NCBI GenBank assembly: GCA_041891055.1
Contig: CP169074.1
Span: 1,696,001 to 1,760,000 of the forward strand
Direction of reading: 5' to 3'
DNA length: 64,000 bases
Source: Halorutilales archaeon Cl-col2-1
GTDB lineage: Archaea; Halobacteriota; Halobacteria; Halobacteriales; Afararchaeaceae
The notes beneath the pieces are model-generated. The model did not search any database. It worked only from the letters and a program-made list of their open reading frames with translations, and was not told the origin of the DNA. Positions 1 to 9,807 of the stretch are shown piece after piece; position 1 is the stretch's first letter; each line of letters opens with the position of its first letter. The position numbers and the translations under genes were made by a program.

Positions 1-123
1 ACTCTCATCTCCGCAGTCGGCATCGGCGTCTACGTCTTCGGAAGCTACGCGGTCGCTCTATACTTGGTTCATCGCTACGGCGTCTACTCCGGAGTCGACC
101 TCCGACGACGTACTGTAACGTAA
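1..123 (+). CDS. 3' end of a probable membrane protein (truncated by window edge)
   Basis: Frame 1 reads TLISAVGIGVYVFGSYAVALYLVHRYG... to TAA at 121-123; hydrophobic helix. Confidence 0.45.
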   Translation, partial: TLISAVGIGVYVFGSYAVALYLVHRYGVYSGVDLRRRTVT

Positions 124-160
124 CGTAACCGTTAGGTTCTACTCTCACGAAGATCCGTTA

Positions 161-1471
161 ATGAGAGGTTTTGTCATAGCGGGGACTTCGAGCGGAGTCG
201 GAAAGACGACTGCGACGCTCGCGGTGATGGACGCACTCACGGACGAGGGAGATGTTCAGGGATACAAGGTAGGACCCGACTACATAGACCCGAGCCACCA
301 CGAGTATGTCACGGGGAAGCCCTCGCGCACACTCGACTTACATATGATGGGCGAGGACGGCGTCCGACGTAACTACGCGAGGGGCGATGGAGAGTACGGC
401 GTCGTCGAGGGAGTCATGGGGATGTACGACTCCTACGACGAGAGTACCGCGAAGGTCGCCGAGACACTCGGTCTTCCCGTCGTCCTCGTTGTCGACGCCA
501 CCGCGGGTATGGAGAGTGTCGCCGCGACGGCTCTCGGATTCGCCGAGTACGCTCAGGCGCGGGGATCGGACGTCGAAGTCGCGGGTGTTATCGCCAACAA
601 GGCGTCGAGCGACAGACACGTCTCCGGAATAAGAGACGGACTCGAAGCCGTCGGCATCGACTTCCTCGGAAATATACCGCGATCCGACGACCTCGAAGTT
701 CCGAGTCGCCATCTCGGTCTCGAAATGGGCGACGAGTCGCCGTTCGACGACGACGCTCTCTCGCGTGCTTCCGACTCTATCGACACGCAGGCTCTCGAAT
801 CCGTCGCGTCCGAAGCCGATACTCCCGATCCACGCCGTACGACTGATAAAACAGCCGATGATGCCGACTCAGACATACGCGTCGGTGTCGCTCGCGACTC
901 CGCCTTCAGCTTCTACTATCCGCGTAGCCTCGAAGTCCTGAGTTCGAACGCCGAGGTCGTGACCTTCTCACCCCTCGAAGACGAACTACCCGAGGCTGAC
1001 GCCTACTACTTCGGAGGAGGCTATCCCGAGCTACATCCCGAGAAGCTTGAGGACAACGAGTCGATGAGATCTGACGTCTTAGACGCCGCGTCTGAGGGGA
1101 AGCCGATCTTAGGTGAGTGTGGCGGATTCATGTACCTCAGCGAGTCACTCACCGTCGACGGCGAGACCTACGAGATGGCGGGTGTACTGCCGTCCCAGGT
1201 CGAGATGACGGAGTCGTTAGAGGCGGTGGGATACACCGAGGTCGAGCCCACTGGCGCCTCCGACGTCCTCGGACGCCGAAGACTTAATGGACACGAGTTC
1301 CATTACTCGAAGACACAGATAGACCGCGACGCCACGACAGCTTTCGACGTCGTCAGAGGTAAGGGTATAGACGGTGACCGTGACGGCGTCGTCGAGTATA
1401 ACACGGTGGGATGTTACACACATCTCCATCCCGAGTCACAGGACTACATCGCGGCTCTGATTGACAGATAG
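161..1471 (+). CDS. cbiA: Cobyrinate a,c-diamide synthase (CbiA/CobB family)
   Basis: GTSSGVGKTT P-loop, KVGPDYIDP, EGVMG, and a C-terminal glutamine amidotransferase domain (GECGGFMYL, GHEFHY). Confidence 0.9.
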   Translation: MRGFVIAGTSSGVGKTTATLAVMDALTDEGDVQGYKVGPDYIDPSHHEYVTGKPSRTLDLHMMGEDGVRRNYARGDGEYGVVEGVMGMYDSYDESTAKVAETLGLPVVLVVDATAGMESVAATALGFAEYAQARGSDVEVAGVIANKASSDRHVSGIRDGLEAVGIDFLGNIPRSDDLEVPSRHLGLEMGDESPFDDDALSRASDSIDTQALESVASEADTPDPRRTTDKTADDADSDIRVGVARDSAFSFYYPRSLEVLSSNAEVVTFSPLEDELPEADAYYFGGGYPELHPEKLEDNESMRSDVLDAASEGKPILGECGGFMYLSESLTVDGETYEMAGVLPSQVEMTESLEAVGYTEVEPTGASDVLGRRRLNGHEFHYSKTQIDRDATTAFDVVRGKGIDGDRDGVVEYNTVGCYTHLHPESQDYIAALIDR

Positions 1472-1473
1472 AA

Positions 1474-2757
1474 ATGACATCTCTCGACGACTTCACCGAC
1501 GACTCCGAAACCGGTGACGACCGTGGTGAGGACGAGTTGGACGTCGACGTCGGTACTGACACATCGGATCTTTACACCGTCTCGGAGGTCACACAGACCG
1601 TAAAGAGCCTCCTGGAGTCCGACCCTGACCTCTCGGACGTGGCTGTGAGAGGCGAGGTCTCGAACTTCCACCACCATTCTAGCGGTCATATGTACTTCAG
1701 TCTCAAGGACGATGACTCGTCGCTCGGCTGTGTGATGTTCCGGAGGAACGCGTCGTCACTCGACTTCGACCCCGATGACGGTGATGAGGTCGTCGCAGAG
1801 GGACGTGTATCGGTCTACGAGGAGAGAGGCGAGTATCAGCTATACGTCGAGTCGATGTCGGAGGCGGGGAGAGGCGACCTCTACGAGGAGTTCGTAAGGC
1901 TCAAGAACAAGCTCGAAGATGAGGGTCTCTTCGACGACGAAGACAAGAAGCCGATACCCGACATTCCCGACCATGTCGGCGTCGTCACGAGCGACTCGGG
2001 TGCGGCGGTACACGACATACTCGACGTCTTAGGGAGACGTTTCCCCGTCGAAGTCACAGTCTCGCCCGCGAAGGTACAGGGCGACGGCGCGGCTCCCGAG
2101 ATACGTGATGCTATCGAGGAGATCGACTCCGAAGGCTGTGACGTCGTAGTAGTCGGCAGGGGCGGCGGATCGATAGAAGACCTCTGGGCATTCAACGAGG
2201 AGGAGGTCGCGCGTGCGGTCTACGGTTGCGAGACGCCTGTCGTGAGTGCCGTGGGGCACCAGGTCGACAACACACTCACCGACCTCGTTGCGGACGAGTC
2301 GGCTGCGACACCCAGCGAGGCAGCCGAGATAGCTGTCCCCGAGAGACGTGACCTACTCGGACGTCTCGAAGAGACGGAGACGAGGATCGAGTCGGCTGTC
2401 TACTCCGAGATAGACTCGTACCACAGGAGGCTCGACACCTACGAACGTCTCTTAGACCGTCACGACGTAGTCGGCGAGTACTCCGAGACTCTCGAAGAGA
2501 TTGAGGAACGTCTAGAGGGCGGCGTCGAGGATCTACTCGAAGACAGACGTGACGAGGTATCGAGGTACGCGGGTCTCCTCGACTCGCTCAGTCCTCTCAG
2601 TGTCCTTTCGAGGGGCTACTCGGTCGCCGAGTCGGACGGTGACGTCGTCACGAGTGCCGAAGACTTAGACGAGGGTGATCCTCTCGAAGTCAGACTCTCC
2701 GACGGAAGAGTAAAGAGTCGCGTCGAAGACGTCTCTACAAGACAAGGAGACTTATAG
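1474..2757 (+). CDS. xseA: Exodeoxyribonuclease VII large subunit
   Basis: OB-fold GEVSNF..SGHMYFSLKD, RGGGSIEDLWAFNEE, SAVGHQVD, ATPS, LSPLSVLSRGY. Confidence 0.95.
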   Translation: MTSLDDFTDDSETGDDRGEDELDVDVGTDTSDLYTVSEVTQTVKSLLESDPDLSDVAVRGEVSNFHHHSSGHMYFSLKDDDSSLGCVMFRRNASSLDFDPDDGDEVVAEGRVSVYEERGEYQLYVESMSEAGRGDLYEEFVRLKNKLEDEGLFDDEDKKPIPDIPDHVGVVTSDSGAAVHDILDVLGRRFPVEVTVSPAKVQGDGAAPEIRDAIEEIDSEGCDVVVVGRGGGSIEDLWAFNEEEVARAVYGCETPVVSAVGHQVDNTLTDLVADESAATPSEAAEIAVPERRDLLGRLEETETRIESAVYSEIDSYHRRLDTYERLLDRHDVVGEYSETLEEIEERLEGGVEDLLEDRRDEVSRYAGLLDSLSPLSVLSRGYSVAESDGDVVTSAEDLDEGDPLEVRLSDGRVKSRVEDVSTRQGDL

Positions 2758-2763
2758 AATAGA

Positions 2764-3009
2764 ATGACTCAGACTAACACTGATACCGACACGGACGACG
2801 AGATGAGCTTCGAGGAACGTCTCGACCGTCTCGACGATGTCGTCGAACGTCTCGAAGCCGACGACGTGGGACTCGACGAGTCCTTGAGTCTCTACGAGGA
2901 AGGTGTGAGACTCTTGGAGGAATGCAGGAGCCGCCTTGAGGACGTCGAGACGAGGGTCGAAGCAATCGGGGAAGCCGATATACAGCACGAGTCCGACGAC
3001 CATAACTAA
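2764..3009 (+). CDS. xseB: Exodeoxyribonuclease VII small subunit
   Basis: SFEERLDRLDDVVERLE..LDESLSLYEEGVRL motif; directly follows xseA. Confidence 0.93.
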   Translation: MTQTNTDTDTDDEMSFEERLDRLDDVVERLEADDVGLDESLSLYEEGVRLLEECRSRLEDVETRVEAIGEADIQHESDDHN

Positions 3010-3018
3010 TAGATAAAT

Positions 3019-3801
3019 ATGACATCTGAAGACACACAGACTGATACCGAGACCGACATGGAGGTCGCTCTACTCGAATCCACTCCCGATCCCGAGGAGG
3101 TTGCCTGTCGAGCCGCGAGGAACGACTACATGACTGAGTGGGTCGTCGACAAGAGCTTCGATGAGGTCATGGAGTCGGTCGACGGTGACACCATAGACGA
3201 CAAGAAAGAAACTCTGATACACCACCTTATGCGGAGGGGGCATTACGGACCCTTCGAGCATCCTCAGGCTACCTTCTCTGTCAAGTCGATGAGCCGTGTC
3301 TGTATGGCACAGATCACGCGCCACAGACACGCCTCGTTCGATGTCCAGTCGCTAAGATATACAGTACCCGGGCGTGGTGACATTGACGACCCCGAGGACG
3401 TCGAGGAGTACGTCGTTGTGCCACCCTCGGTGACTGCGGAGGAGTGGAAGTCACGTGAAACGGGGATGGTTGAGTTCGATGTCCCGCCTGACGAGAGGAA
3501 ACACAGGTTCTTAGAGACGTGTTACGACGACTTCGAGACCTACTTCGACCTCATAGACGACGGAGTGCCCGCCGAGGACGCGAGGTTTGTCCTGCCTCAG
3601 GCGACGAAGGTCAACGTAGTCTTCTCGATAAATGCACGGGGTCTAATGCACATCTTTGACATGAGGGCGGCGGGTGACGCACAGTGGGAAGTTCGTGAGA
3701 TGTCGGAGGAGATACTCGAACTCGCGAAGGACTGGATGCCCACGACTTTCTCATTTTACGAGAGCGAAATGAAGGATAGAAAGAACCGTCTTGGACCGTG
3801 A
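3019..3801 (+). CDS. thyX: FAD-dependent thymidylate synthase
   Basis: GHYGPFEH, ThyX motif RHRHASFDVQSLRY, EDARFVLP, AQWEVR. Confidence 0.95.
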   Translation: MTSEDTQTDTETDMEVALLESTPDPEEVACRAARNDYMTEWVVDKSFDEVMESVDGDTIDDKKETLIHHLMRRGHYGPFEHPQATFSVKSMSRVCMAQITRHRHASFDVQSLRYTVPGRGDIDDPEDVEEYVVVPPSVTAEEWKSRETGMVEFDVPPDERKHRFLETCYDDFETYFDLIDDGVPAEDARFVLPQATKVNVVFSINARGLMHIFDMRAAGDAQWEVREMSEEILELAKDWMPTTFSFYESEMKDRKNRLGP

Positions 3802-3847
3802 CACTGACCATGACAAGTGCTTAGTCGCGCCGCGACTTACCCGTAGT

Positions 3848-4162
3848 ATGCAGAAAGTCACCACCGAGACGGTTCCTGGACGTGAGATAGAAGAGTCGCT
3901 CGGTATAGCGCGGGGAAACACCGTGAAGGCACGTAATGCCGGAATGGATCTGATACAGGCGATACGTAACTTCACAGGAGGGGAGCTAAAGGGCTACTCC
4001 GACCTCCTTACCTCAGCGCGTGAGGAGGCTCTGGAGAGGATGGAGGAGGACGCCGAGTCGATGGGTGCCGACGCAGTCGTCAACGTCAGAATGGAGAGCT
4101 CACAGGTCACAGACGGCGGCTCGGAGGTCATAGCCTACGGCACAGCCGTCCGTCTCGACTGA
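3848..4162 (+). CDS. YbjQ/UPF0145 family protein
   Basis: VTTETVPGREI, GGELKGYSDLL, AREEALERM, GADAVVNVR, AYGTAV; start taken at ATG 3848. Confidence 0.9.
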   Translation: MQKVTTETVPGREIEESLGIARGNTVKARNAGMDLIQAIRNFTGGELKGYSDLLTSAREEALERMEEDAESMGADAVVNVRMESSQVTDGGSEVIAYGTAVRLD

Positions 4163-4951
4163 TCAAAGCCCCTGTTCTGCCTCGGTTTCGAGACCCAGTG
4201 ACCCAGACTCGATTACGTCTTCGAGGTAGCCGTTTATTCTCGGGCTCACGTAGTCCTCGGGATCGGGTTCTGTCTCCGACGAGACTGACGACGCGTCTCT
4301 GAGTGCGAGCCTCTCGGCTACCTCGACTACCTCGTCGTCGGGGTCACCGTCGGCTCCTATCGAGACGGCAGCGAGGTACGCCTGTGTGTACTCGACCGCG
4401 TCCTCCTCGACGACGGACTCGGGGTCGTCTGTGTCTATCTTACGAGCCTGACTGCTTCCGAACGAGTTTATGACACGTGTACCCATCGGAAGGTCGTCAC
4501 CCAGACGTCCCAGACCTATGCTCACGAGTATGTCGGCTCCCAGGAGCTCCATGTCCTCCTCGACGGGCTCCAAACCGACGTCCTCCCACGACGACGGGTC
4601 GTCTACTATCTCTCTTATCCTACATAGACCGGTGTGTATGAGCTGTATGCCGGCGCATTTCGAGACGTCTACCGACGCCGACGAGTCGGAGTCGGCTGTC
4701 TGATCCCGGTGATCGCGGTCACCCTCTGTGGCTTCGGAGTCGTACTCGTCAACCCTCGAAGCAAGAAAACAGAGCATAGCCGGCTTGAGGTCGGAGGAAG
4801 CCACCATCTCACGTATGAGGCTCCTCAGTTCCTCGGGCTCGATCTCACGAGAAGACGGATGTGAGTCTGAGGCTTCACCAACTTGAACTTCCTGAGTCAG
4901 AGACAGGAGTTCAGATCTGAGCCTCCTAAGATCCTCTTTGAACGCACTCAT
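4163..4951 (-). CDS. Conserved haloarchaeal hypothetical protein with degenerate polyprenyl-synthase-like helices
   Basis: Acidic ORF; AGIQLIHTG and ELLGADILVS resemble prenyltransferase helices but there is no DDxxD; start at ATG 4951 is inferred. Confidence 0.6.
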   Translation of the reverse strand: MSAFKEDLRRLRSELLSLTQEVQVGEASDSHPSSREIEPEELRSLIREMVASSDLKPAMLCFLASRVDEYDSEATEGDRDHRDQTADSDSSASVDVSKCAGIQLIHTGLCRIREIVDDPSSWEDVGLEPVEEDMELLGADILVSIGLGRLGDDLPMGTRVINSFGSSQARKIDTDDPESVVEEDAVEYTQAYLAAVSIGADGDPDDEVVEVAERLALRDASSVSSETEPDPEDYVSPRINGYLEDVIESGSLGLETEAEQGL

Positions 4952-5065
4952 CGATGTGTTAGGAGTAGGGCTCACAAACCCATATGTGTTTGCATATAAT
5001 ACGCAGACGGACACCCGTAGACGCCAAAGTAAAGTAGTATATGTCTAATTCCCGAAGTCGGCTGT

Positions 5066-5803
5066 ATGATAAGGAAGCAGACAGACGGTGGTGTGGCGAC
5101 AGTCACCGTCGACCGTCCCGAGAAACGCAACGCCTTCAACGAGGAGATGCTACGTGACTTCAGAGACAGTATTACAGAAGCAGGAGAGGAGGCTGACGCA
5201 GTGATCATACGCGGAGAGGGCGACGCCTTCATAGCCGGAGCCGATGTCAGCCATGTACGTACACTCGACTCCAAAGACGCGGAGGAGTTCGCGCGTCTCG
5301 GACACTCCGTCGCCGACGCGATAGAGGACTCGCCCGCTCCAGTCATAGCCGCGGTCGACGGCGCGTGTATGGGAGGGGGAACAGAGTTCATACTCGCTTG
5401 TGACCTCAGGTACGCCACACCGAGGTCGGAGTTCGGAGAGCCCGGTGTTAAGATAGGCATCTTCGGGGGCTGGGGAGGAACCTACCGTCTCCCGCGTCTC
5501 GTCGGACTCTCCGACGCGATGGATCTCGCACTTACGGGACGCACTGTCGACGCCGAAGAGGCGGACGCAATAGACCTCGTTAACGAAGTCGTAGATGACG
5601 CCGAGGACAAGGCGTATGAAGTCGCCGAGGAGATAGCTTCGAGACGGTCGGAGGCTATACGGACTGTCAAACAGTCGATCACTAACGGATACGAGCTACA
5701 CAAGGAGGAAGCACTCGAACACGAGCGGAGACTCTTCGCCGAGCTATTCGAGGACGGTGTCGAGGAGTACGTCGACTCTTACCTCGAAAGCCTAAACGAC
5801 TGA
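5066..5803 (+). CDS. Enoyl-CoA hydratase/isomerase family protein
   Basis: DRPEKRNA, FIAGAD, PVIAAVDGACMGGGTE, FGEPGVKIGIFGGWGGT. Confidence 0.92.
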   Translation: MIRKQTDGGVATVTVDRPEKRNAFNEEMLRDFRDSITEAGEEADAVIIRGEGDAFIAGADVSHVRTLDSKDAEEFARLGHSVADAIEDSPAPVIAAVDGACMGGGTEFILACDLRYATPRSEFGEPGVKIGIFGGWGGTYRLPRLVGLSDAMDLALTGRTVDAEEADAIDLVNEVVDDAEDKAYEVAEEIASRRSEAIRTVKQSITNGYELHKEEALEHERRLFAELFEDGVEEYVDSYLESLND

Positions 5804-8170
5804 ACGTGACGAGTTAGCCACGACCAATAGGCTGCTTGTCGCCATAGCGACCGCAGCGACCACGGGGTTAATATGCCCCGTGACTGCTGCGGGTATCGCC
5901 ACGGCGTTGTAGAGAAACGCCCAGCCCAGGTTGTGTCTGATCCTCTTTCTCGTCTTCTCCGTCATCTCGAAGATCTCCGGGACGGCTCTTATGTCGTCGG
6001 TCGTGTTGACCACGTCGGCGGCGTCGACTGCGAGAGTCGTCCCGTCTCCGACTGCTATTCCGAGATCGGCTTTTGCGAGAGCGGGTGCGTCGTTGGTTCC
6101 GTCGCCGACCATCACGGTCGCACCGTCGGACTCCGCCCTGAGTCTCTCGACTATCTCCGCCTTTGCCTCTGGGGGAACCTCTGCGAAGACGTGGTCTACC
6201 CCGTCGCCCTCGAACCTCTCGGCGGCTTCGGCTGTGTCGCCGGTTATGATAGCTACTTCGCGTCCGTCTGCGACCTCCTCGACTGTCTCCTCCCAGCCGT
6301 CTCTCGTCTTGTCGCCTACGACTACCACCGCCCTCGCTGTGTCGTCCCAGCCCACGAAGACGGGAACCTTCCCCGACTCGCGCGCTTCCTCGGCTGTCTC
6401 CTCGAATACCTCTGTTTCGAGACCCTTCTCATCGAAGAGTTCGGAGCTACCCACGTAGATCCTGTCGTCCTTGACCTCGGCGCTGACTCCCATTCCAGGG
6501 TGCTGTCTGAACTCCTCGGCTTCTCTGTTCGACTCGAACTCCGACGTGAAGGCGTCGGCTATGGGATGACTCGAAAACTCCTCGACTGCGGCGGCTCTCT
6601 CTACGGCTTCTTCGTCACCCTCGACTTCGAGAGCCTCCATCTCCCCTGTCGTGACAGTTCCCGTCTTGTCGAACGCAACAGTTCCGACATCGCCGCCCTT
6701 CTCGAAGACAGACGGGTCGTTGACGACTATGCCGTGTCTGAGACCGTCGTTTATTCCCGAAGCGACTGCGAGCGGAGTAGCGACTCCCAAGGCGCACGGA
6801 CACGAGACTATTAGAACCGAGAGGGCTGTCAGAACCGATGACTCGATACTCGACCCTAAGGCGACCTGTGCGACGAAGGTAACAGCCGCGACCGTGAGAA
6901 CCAGAGGCACGAAGACACCGGCTATCTTGTCGGCGAGCCTCTGTACCCCCGGACGTGAAGACTGTATCTCCCAGAGTAGCTCCACGAGACGGTCAAGTGT
7001 GCTCGTGGCGTCGTCGGCGACCTCGACCGTCACGGCGTTCTGGGCGACGACCGAGCCGCCTATGACTTGGTCTCCTTCTTGCTTCCTCACCGGAACAGAC
7101 TCCCCCGTGACGAGCGACTCGTCTACCGCGGGTGTTCCCTCGACGACCTTTCCGTCAACGGGTATTCTCTCGCCGGGCTTGACGAGTATACGGTCTCCGG
7201 CGTCGAGTCTGTCTATCCCGACTGTCTCGTATCCGCCGTCGACTGCCTTCCTCGCCTCGTCGGCTCTCTCCTGTTTGAGCTCTGCTACGACGTTAGTCGC
7301 GCGTCTCTTTATCCTCTCCTCGTAGTAGTTACCGACCGAGACGACGACGACAATAACGACAGTTATGTCGAAGTAGATCTCGTTGCCGCCCGTGAGTACT
7401 ACACCCGCGCTGTATACGTAGGCACCGACGGCGGCTACCGCGACTAAGAGATCCATGTTGGGCTGTCCCGACCTGAGGCTGACGTAGGCTCCCCGGAGTA
7501 TCGGGAAGCCCGTTACGACGAGTATCACCGTTGTTAGTAGCCAGACCTCAGTAGGGATTATCGACCCCCACGCACTTGAACCGAATACCGACGACTCGAA
7601 GCCGAAGTACATCGGATAGAGGAAGCCGATGTAGAGCATCATCGTGATCATGCCGAGGACACCACCGACGCCGAGCCGGATCGCTGTCCTCACGTCACTC
7701 GACTCGGGACTCTCGACGTCTATGCTTCGTGCTCTGTAACCGAACCCTGTGACTGCGTCACGTATCCTTTCCCCGTCTATCACGTCCTCGTCGTAGGACA
7801 CCTTCACCATGTCGGAGGCATAGCTCGCGTCGACGGAGCCGACGCCCTTCTCCGAGGCTACCTGTGACTCTATGAACGCCTCACACGTCGAGCAGTGCAT
7901 TCCGTCGACTGCTAGGTACTCGGTCTCTGGGTCTTCTATCTGTATCTCTGTCTCGTCTCCGGCGTACTCGTTGACTTCGTCGGGATCTATCTCCCCGAAC
8001 TCGGAGTAGACCTCCAGACAGCCTCGGCAGCAGAAACCGCCGTCGACCCCGTCCCTCGTTACGGGTGGGTCAGGTGTCGGGAGGTCACACAGATCGCAGC
8101 CCTCCGTATCCGTATTCGTGTCCGTGTCGGTGCTGTCTGATCCTTCCCCCGATCGTAGGCTGAGTGACAT
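5792..8170 (-). CDS. P1B-type copper-translocating ATPase, FixI/CcoI-like
   Basis: N-terminal CDLC..FCCRGC, HMA GMHCSTC, TGES, CPCALG, DKTGT, SSHP, GDGTND, YN and MATSS motifs; same strand just downstream of the oxidase genes. Confidence 0.93.
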   Translation of the reverse strand: MSLSLRSGEGSDSTDTDTNTDTEGCDLCDLPTPDPPVTRDGVDGGFCCRGCLEVYSEFGEIDPDEVNEYAGDETEIQIEDPETEYLAVDGMHCSTCEAFIESQVASEKGVGSVDASYASDMVKVSYDEDVIDGERIRDAVTGFGYRARSIDVESPESSDVRTAIRLGVGGVLGMITMMLYIGFLYPMYFGFESSVFGSSAWGSIIPTEVWLLTTVILVVTGFPILRGAYVSLRSGQPNMDLLVAVAAVGAYVYSAGVVLTGGNEIYFDITVVIVVVVSVGNYYEERIKRRATNVVAELKQERADEARKAVDGGYETVGIDRLDAGDRILVKPGERIPVDGKVVEGTPAVDESLVTGESVPVRKQEGDQVIGGSVVAQNAVTVEVADDATSTLDRLVELLWEIQSSRPGVQRLADKIAGVFVPLVLTVAAVTFVAQVALGSSIESSVLTALSVLIVSCPCALGVATPLAVASGINDGLRHGIVVNDPSVFEKGGDVGTVAFDKTGTVTTGEMEALEVEGDEEAVERAAAVEEFSSHPIADAFTSEFESNREAEEFRQHPGMGVSAEVKDDRIYVGSSELFDEKGLETEVFEETAEEARESGKVPVFVGWDDTARAVVVVGDKTRDGWEETVEEVADGREVAIITGDTAEAAERFEGDGVDHVFAEVPPEAKAEIVERLRAESDGATVMVGDGTNDAPALAKADLGIAVGDGTTLAVDAADVVNTTDDIRAVPEIFEMTEKTRKRIRHNLGWAFLYNAVAIPAAVTGHINPVVAAVAMATSSLLVVANSSRSVV

Positions 8171-8233
8171 CTATGTCTTGTGATTACTTTCTATTCTACG
8201 CGGTTCGCGCTAAGAAATAGGATTCGTGATGTC

Positions 8234-9034
8234 CTATGCTCCGCCCACACCGAGGTAGACGAAGGCGACTATGAAGAGCCAGACGGCGTCCACGAAATGC
8301 CAGTAGAGCGACGTGGCTCTCACAGCGAGATGTCTCTCGGAGCCGAAGTGCCCCTTGAACATCGATCTGACTCCGACTATGCCTATCATTATGAGACCGA
8401 CTACGACGTGGGCACCGTGGGTTCCGGTGAGTGCGTAGAAGGTCGACGCGTAGGCTCCTGCACTCGGAACCATGCCCTCGGCGACCATGTGCATGTACTC
8501 GAATCCCTGTCCTGCGAGGAAGACGAGACCCAGGACCACTGTGGCTACGAGTCCGATGTGGAACTTACCTCGGTTGCCCTCCTTTATCTGCTCCTCAGCC
8601 CAGTGCATCGTCAGACCGCTCGTGAGTAGGATGACGGTCAGACCGAGTGCGTAAGGGACGCTCAGACCCGGTAGTCCTTCGGGAGGCCAGGGTCCGTTCT
8701 TCGCCTTCAGGACGAAGAAGGCACCGAAGAGGACTCCGAAGACGATAATCTCCGAGACTACGATGAAGGCGAGCGCGAGTATTCCGCTGTTGAAGTCGAG
8801 TAACTCCTTCTTCTGTTCGGGTATTATGCCTCTCTCGAACTCCTTCGCGTAGTCTCTCGTCCAGCTGTAGGTTCCGAAGAGGAATATAACCGCTCCGACG
8901 CCTATCGGAAGAGCGCCCTTGACTGCGAGTCCTACGAAGAGAACCACGAGTCCGAGGACTATCGTGAAGGGTGCTACGCTTGCGTGTGGGAAGCCTTCTG
9001 CACCTTCTCCGTATCTGACTTCTTCACTGCTCAT
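8234..9034 (-). CDS. coxC: Heme-copper oxidase subunit III
   Basis: SEIIVFG, LLTSG, FLAGQGFEY, FYALTGTHGAHV, YWHFVDAVW. Confidence 0.93.
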   Translation of the reverse strand: MSSEEVRYGEGAEGFPHASVAPFTIVLGLVVLFVGLAVKGALPIGVGAVIFLFGTYSWTRDYAKEFERGIIPEQKKELLDFNSGILALAFIVVSEIIVFGVLFGAFFVLKAKNGPWPPEGLPGLSVPYALGLTVILLTSGLTMHWAEEQIKEGNRGKFHIGLVATVVLGLVFLAGQGFEYMHMVAEGMVPSAGAYASTFYALTGTHGAHVVVGLIMIGIVGVRSMFKGHFGSERHLAVRATSLYWHFVDAVWLFIVAFVYLGVGGA

Positions 9035-9807
9035 CAGTTCTCACCTCCGAGAGAGACGTTACCGCCGTTCTCCTCGACCCACTCCTCGTACTCGTCTTGG
9101 GGCATGACCTGTATATTTCCTGCCATCTTTGAGTGTCCCGATCCACACAGCTCAGCACAGTTGACGCTGTAGGTTCCGGGCTCCTCGACCATTATCCAGC
9201 CCGTGTTGGTCTGTCCCGGAACTGCGTCGACCTTGAATCCGAGTGCCTGTACCGCGAAGCTGTGTATGACGTCTCTAGACTTGATGTTGAGATGGACGAC
9301 GGTGTTAGTCGGGACTCTCATCTTACCGTTACCTGCTGCCATCGTCGTTCCTCCGTCTATATGGGGGTTGTCGACCATCCACGCGAACTGCATACCCGTG
9401 ACGTCGACCGTCATCTCGGGCTTATCCTCGGGAGGCTTATCGAGCTCCGCGAGTCCTCCCATCGACATCATCACTGTCATGAGTATGAGGAGGGCGACCG
9501 CGCCGGTCCAAACTCCGAAGGGTATCCTCATCCATCCCTCGGGAAGCGGCTTCGGAACCGAGTTCATCGCGTCGGAGTACCTGACCATCATGTAGATGAC
9601 GTAGAGGAGTGTCGCTCCTCCGAGCGCGAGCGCGATCACGAAGCCCACGAACTTGAGGTTCTGAGTAACCTGGACGGGATAGCCGCCCGACTCTATCATT
9701 ATCTCGTTCCCTCGTATCATGCTCTGGAAGTCGATAAACAGAGCTAGGAACGAGAAGAAGAACGCGATTCCGACTCCGATTGCCGTAGTCTTTGACGTCT
9801 TACTCAT
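9034..9807 (-). CDS. coxB: Heme-copper oxidase subunit II (CuA)
   Basis: GMQFAW, DVIHSF, DAVPG, CAELCGSGHSKM CuA motif. Confidence 0.93.
   Translation of the reverse strand: MSKTSKTTAIGVGIAFFFSFLALFIDFQSMIRGNEIMIESGGYPVQVTQNLKFVGFVIALALGGATLLYVIYMMVRYSDAMNSVPKPLPEGWMRIPFGVWTGAVALLILMTVMMSMGGLAELDKPPEDKPEMTVDVTGMQFAWMVDNPHIDGGTTMAAGNGKMRVPTNTVVHLNIKSRDVIHSFAVQALGFKVDAVPGQTNTGWIMVEEPGTYSVNCAELCGSGHSKMAGNIQVMPQDEYEEWVEENGGNVSLGGEN

Noticed and set aside
113-135. Short tandem gtaac-gtaac-gtaac near the stop of the first ORF
   Set aside because: Too short; compatible with chance or slippage
5873-7447. Long antisense ORFs (e.g. 313 aa and 224 aa) opposite the ATPase, and similar ones opposite pccB, ppsA and other genes
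   Set aside because: Shadow ORFs produced by the GTC/GAC/TCG-rich codon bias; they have no motifs and fully overlap well-supported genes
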